Translations under genes and position numbers: made by a program
Notes under the pieces: model-generated
The model's input: the letters and a program-made list of their open reading frames with translations, nothing else
What the model was told of the DNA's origin: nothing
Database searches by the model: none
Shown here: positions 60,050 through 64,000 of the stretch, one piece after another
Numbering within the stretch: position 1 is the stretch's first letter
Layout of the letters: every line of letters starts with the position of its first letter
Assembly (NCBI RefSeq): GCF_004010195.1
Contig: NC_057750.1
Location: 4,226,382 to 4,290,381 of the forward strand
Reading direction: 5' to 3'
Length of the DNA: 64,000 bases
Origin: Chiloscyllium plagiosum
Taxonomy: Eukaryota

Positions 60050-62030
60050 TGTAACTGTAGACTCTCGCCCCTAGTTCTGGACTCCCAACCATCAGGAACA
60101 TCTTCCTGCATCTCCATCTCTAATCCTGTTAGAATTTCATAGGTTTCTGAGATTCCCCTTCATTCTTCTGAGCTCCAGTGAGTATAACCCTAACCTTTCC
60201 TCATATGTCAGTCCTGTTATCCCAGGTATCAGTCTGGTAAACCTTTGCTGCACTCTATCTATTCTGGGCGGCACGGTGGCACAGTGGTTAGCACTGTTGC
60301 CTTACAGCGCCAGAGACCCGGGTTCAATTCCCGCCTCTGGCGACTGTGTGGAGTTTGCACATTCTCCCCGCGTCTGCGTGGGTTTCCTCCGGGTGCTCCG
60401 GTTTCCTCCCACAGTCCAAAGATGTGCAGGTCAGGTGAATTGGCCATGCTAAATTGCCCGTAGTGTTAGGTAAGGGGTAAATGTAGGGGTATGGGTGGGT
60501 TGCGCTTTGGCGGGTCAGTGTGGACTTGTTGGGCCGAAGGGCCTGTTTCCACACTGTATTGTAATCTAAAATCTACACCAAGAACATCCATCCTCCTGTC
60601 AGGAGATGAAAACTGCACAAACTATTTCAGGTGTAATCTCACCAAGGCTCTGTATATTTGCAACAAAATGTCCCTGCTCCTTCACAGTAATCTTTTCATT
60701 ACGAAGGCTAACATGCCATTTGTTGCCCTTACTGCCTGCTGCACCTGCTTCCTTGCCTTCCATGATTGATGTATGAGGACACCCAGATCTCATTGCACAT
60801 TCCCATCTCTCAATTTAGTGCCAATCATATAATCTGCAATGCTTCGGTGAATCACGGCACAAACTGGAGTCTGTTCTTCCCAGTCTGGTAGTTAGGCACA
60901 CCATTGTTCTGCTATTCTCACATTCCAATCACTTAATCCTTTCTCTCCCAGCACTCCAACCCAATCTGTATGGTACACCATTAGTCACCACCTGCCATTC
61001 CTGAAAAGACCCCTTTAATCCTATTCTTCATTCCTGTCTGTCAACCAATTTTCTATCCATCTCTAAGCACTGTCCACAATCCCGTTCATTTTAATTTTAC
61101 ACTTTTAATTTTAATCTATTGTGGGATTTTCAGAAGGTTTTCAACAAAGTCCACATAAACCACATCCACTGGCTCCCCCTGAGCAATTCTGCTAGTTACA
61201 TCTTTGAAGAATTTTGTATTTGTCAAGTGTGATTTCCCTTTCATAAATCCATGCTGACTGTGTGATTCTACCACTGCCTTCTAAGTGCACTGCTACGAAA
61301 ACTATCATAATGAACTCGAGCATCTTCCCCACTACCATCCGGTTGACTGGCCTATAATTCTCAGTTTTCTTTCTGCCTCCCTTCTTAAACGGAGAGGTTA
61401 CATTAACTACTGAAGTACTCTGGAATATAGATTATCAGACCCTGAGGATTTGTCAGCCTCCAATCCCATCAATTTCCCAACACCATTTCCCGAATACAGA
61501 TTTCCTTCAGTTCTTCCCTCTCACTAAACCCTGCAATCCCCAACATTTTTGGTATATTATTTGTCCTTCTTTGTGAATGCAGAACCAAAGGCCGTATTTA
61601 GTTGGTCAGCCATTCTTTATTCTTCATTATGAATTCCCCTTTCTGACTACAGGAGACCGACTGTGTCTTCATCAACCTTCTCTTCACACCTTGGGGAAAG
61701 ATTTTAGTCAGTTATTTTTAAGTTCCTTGCAAGCCTTCTCTCATGCACTGTCTTCCCATTCTTAATCAATCCCTTTGTCCTCCTTTGAATTCTAAACTGC
61801 TCCCATTCCTCAGATCTGATGTTTTCTTTTCTCTAGCCAATTTATAGGCCTCTTTCTTGGATCTTCTGTCTCCAATTCCCTTTGAGAGCCATGGTTTGGA
61901 CTAGCTTTTCCTTTCAGCTTTACGCCAGACATGAATGAGCAATTGTTACATTTTATCCAAGAGCTTTTTGAATGTTTACCATTGACCTTCCACATTACTT
62001 AATGTTCCCCAATCCAAAAATGCAACCACG
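60050..62030 (-). mobile_element. Old CR1-type LINE remnant interrupted by an HE1 SINE
   Basis: Reverse-complement CR1 ORF2 words (aaatccatgctgactg, ctggcctataattc, aaactgcacaaactatttcagg, ctagttctggactccc). Confidence 0.7.
60266..60570 (+). mobile_element. Full-length HE1-type SINE
   Basis: Nearly identical to the 34311 and 58609 copies. Confidence 0.9.
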
Positions 62031-63508
62031 TCGACCTTTATTGTCTACAGTGCTTCTTTGGTACATTCTTGAGGTGCTTGTTATCCATCCCTCACAGCTG
62101 TTATTTTAATTCACTCGCATGAGTTCTCAGGCGCTCACTCAGAATTGCGCGCTCTTGCTATGCCTTCCCCATTCCCTTAAGATGTTCCTTGAAACCTAGC
62201 TGTTCTATTGCAATGTTGTACTTTTTCTGTCTCTCATTCTTATGGAGCACTGTTATTTCCCTTTTACAATTCTCTGAGAAGTGCCTTGGAACATCTTATG
62301 ATGAAATTGTTGTACAGGTTGTGACTCAGGAATGAGATACAATTGAAACATTTCAATAAAACAATATGCAGTCTGCGATTAATATCTATCAGATAAACAT
62401 TTATTAATATCTAAAGTATAATAACATTACTGGATCTGAACCCATCCTCCAGCAGAGTCAATATTGAATCACTGAAGTATTGGAAGTGAGAGTGCAAATT
62501 AATTTGGGGAAGGTGATTTAGAGCTGGTGTAATTTGCAGAAACTGTCAGTTAAGTCAATGAAATAGTTGCTTTTAGTCCTCCAACAGGTCACTTCAGTCA
62601 GTTAAAAGCTCAGGTCATTGCAGAATTTATTTTCCATTGGCAGTTAGCTTCCGTGTTAGTTACAAAGTGAGTCCTAGCTTAGAACTTCAGTAAGCAGCGA
62701 TTGAGGTTAATGTGTGGAATTTGGTATTTACAGCTCTTTTTCTGTGGGCAGTATGATATTGTTTATCTAGAGAAAGTGCATTGTATGGAAATAGCGAATT
62801 AACCGGTTGGTGTGTGTGTGTGCGCATGTGTGCATGCGGTGGGGAAGTGGGATCTGACTGGTTTATCAAACCTAGCCCACAGAGCACGGTGACTGCAGCA
62901 TCACCATCACATTGCCCCTGAATTCCTCTTCCTACCTAACTGAGAGAGGTCCAAAATAAAAACGTTGGAGGGAGGGAGAGGAATCTTTGGAGCAATTCCC
63001 CTCCAACTGCTGAAAGCTAGTGGAGAAGTTTCTCAAGTGTCGGCTGGCTGTTCCGCTGTAGAAGGCTGTCAGAGCTAGGCATAACCTCGCCCTCTGTCGT
63101 CTGGCTAAACATTCCCCCCACCCATTGGGAGTGGGCATCCTGACTGACCTTGCTGTTTCCTATCTCCCTCTCATAGGGAGTAGACTAACATTAACAACAT
63201 TTCACACAGCAGTGACCTTCACCCCTGCTCCATAAGACTGCGCACCCATTATCACATTCAAATTGGGCCTTGGGAAACATTTACAAACTCTACACACTGT
63301 AAAGAGTGGGCTTTTTTGTTTGAGGGAAGAAAACTTCTCTGTGGCAGATGTATCTCTCCTCAAGTGTCACTGAAACACAGCAGCCAATTTGTATTCAGGA
63401 AGCTGTCTCAAACTACAATGCTATATTGACCAGATCACACTTGCTAATGATGTGGTGGACAAATACTAACCAGAGAGATGTCTCCTCCTCTTTGAAACAG
63501 TTTTTTTT

Positions 63509-63663
63509 AGATTAGATTAGATTACTTACAGTGTGGAAACAGGCCCTTCGGCCCAACGAGTCCACANNNNNNNNNNNNNNNNNNNNNNNNNNNNNNNNNN
63601 NNNNACCCGGGTCTCTGGCGCTGTGAGGCAGCAGTGCTAACCACTGTGCCACCGTGCCGCCCA
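63509..63663 (-). mobile_element. HE1-type SINE spanning an assembly gap (63567-63604), inserted in a Deu-SINE remnant (~63340-63820)
   Basis: (gatta)n tail and head ccactgtgccaccgtgccgccc lie on either side of the Ns. Confidence 0.85.
63567..63604. other. Assembly gap (38 N)
   Basis: Run of N. Confidence 1.
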
Positions 63664-64000
63664 CAACCCCCGTTCTAGGTGATATTTTAAAGTCAGCCTG
63701 AGAGGACAGAAGAGGTGCTGGTTAATATATCCTCCTAAAGGTATCACCACTGACAGTACAGCACTTTGATACGGAGGATCCAACTGGATTTCATGAAAAC
63801 TTTGGAGTGGGGCGTGAACCTACAACATGTACTAACGTTATTTTGTCACAACAGGAGGCCATTCAGCTCCTCCTATTCTGCCACTCAATAAGATCATGGC
63901 TCATCTGATGTGTAACCCCAATCAGCATTCCTGACCAGCCCCTGTCACCTTTCCTAGAAGACACTGTATCCTCAGAAAACTTTGACCTCCTCTCTAAAGG

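Noticed and set aside
62808..62840. Alternating purine-pyrimidine tract (Z-DNA candidate)
   Set aside because: A short, ordinary (GT)n-derived microsatellite with no further support.
59637..64000. Next SIPA1L3 exon (coiled-coil, GKV.QLE.MLK.L)
   Set aside because: Searched by eye and not found. It probably lies beyond the window end.

Overview
Eukaryotic genomic DNA, most likely from a cartilaginous fish (shark). This is inferred from HE1-type tRNA SINEs with (TAATC)n tails, HER1/CR1-type LINEs and Deu-domain SINEs. The whole window lies inside one + strand gene. Ten GT-AG exons (6116-6364, 8993-9136, 22805-22938, 25951-26069, 28027-28469, 38506-38715, 50773-50938, 51851-52058, 53330-53476, 59507-59636) splice with matching phases into 1950 nt of stop-free frame. 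They encode the post-PDZ, C-terminal region of a SIPA1-like Rap GAP, which I recognise as SIPA1L3. I did not find the RapGAP/PDZ exons or the terminal coiled-coil exons, which presumably lie outside the window. The introns are full of decayed retroelements: CR1/HER1, Rex1/Babar, L2, HE1 SINE, Deu-SINE and Penelope-like elements. The most notable hidden signal is a set of short palindromic Penelope-related elements, several with 12-15 bp target-site duplications, that carry back-to-back minimal hammerhead-ribozyme motifs. Other observations are a 5'-inverted Penelope GIY-YIG fragment, nested insertions, a 181-bp tandem duplication and some candidate alternative exons. There are two assembly gaps. 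No prokaryotic, CRISPR, rRNA or true tRNA features were found. Family assignments come from recalled motifs rather than database searches, and repeat boundaries are approximate.
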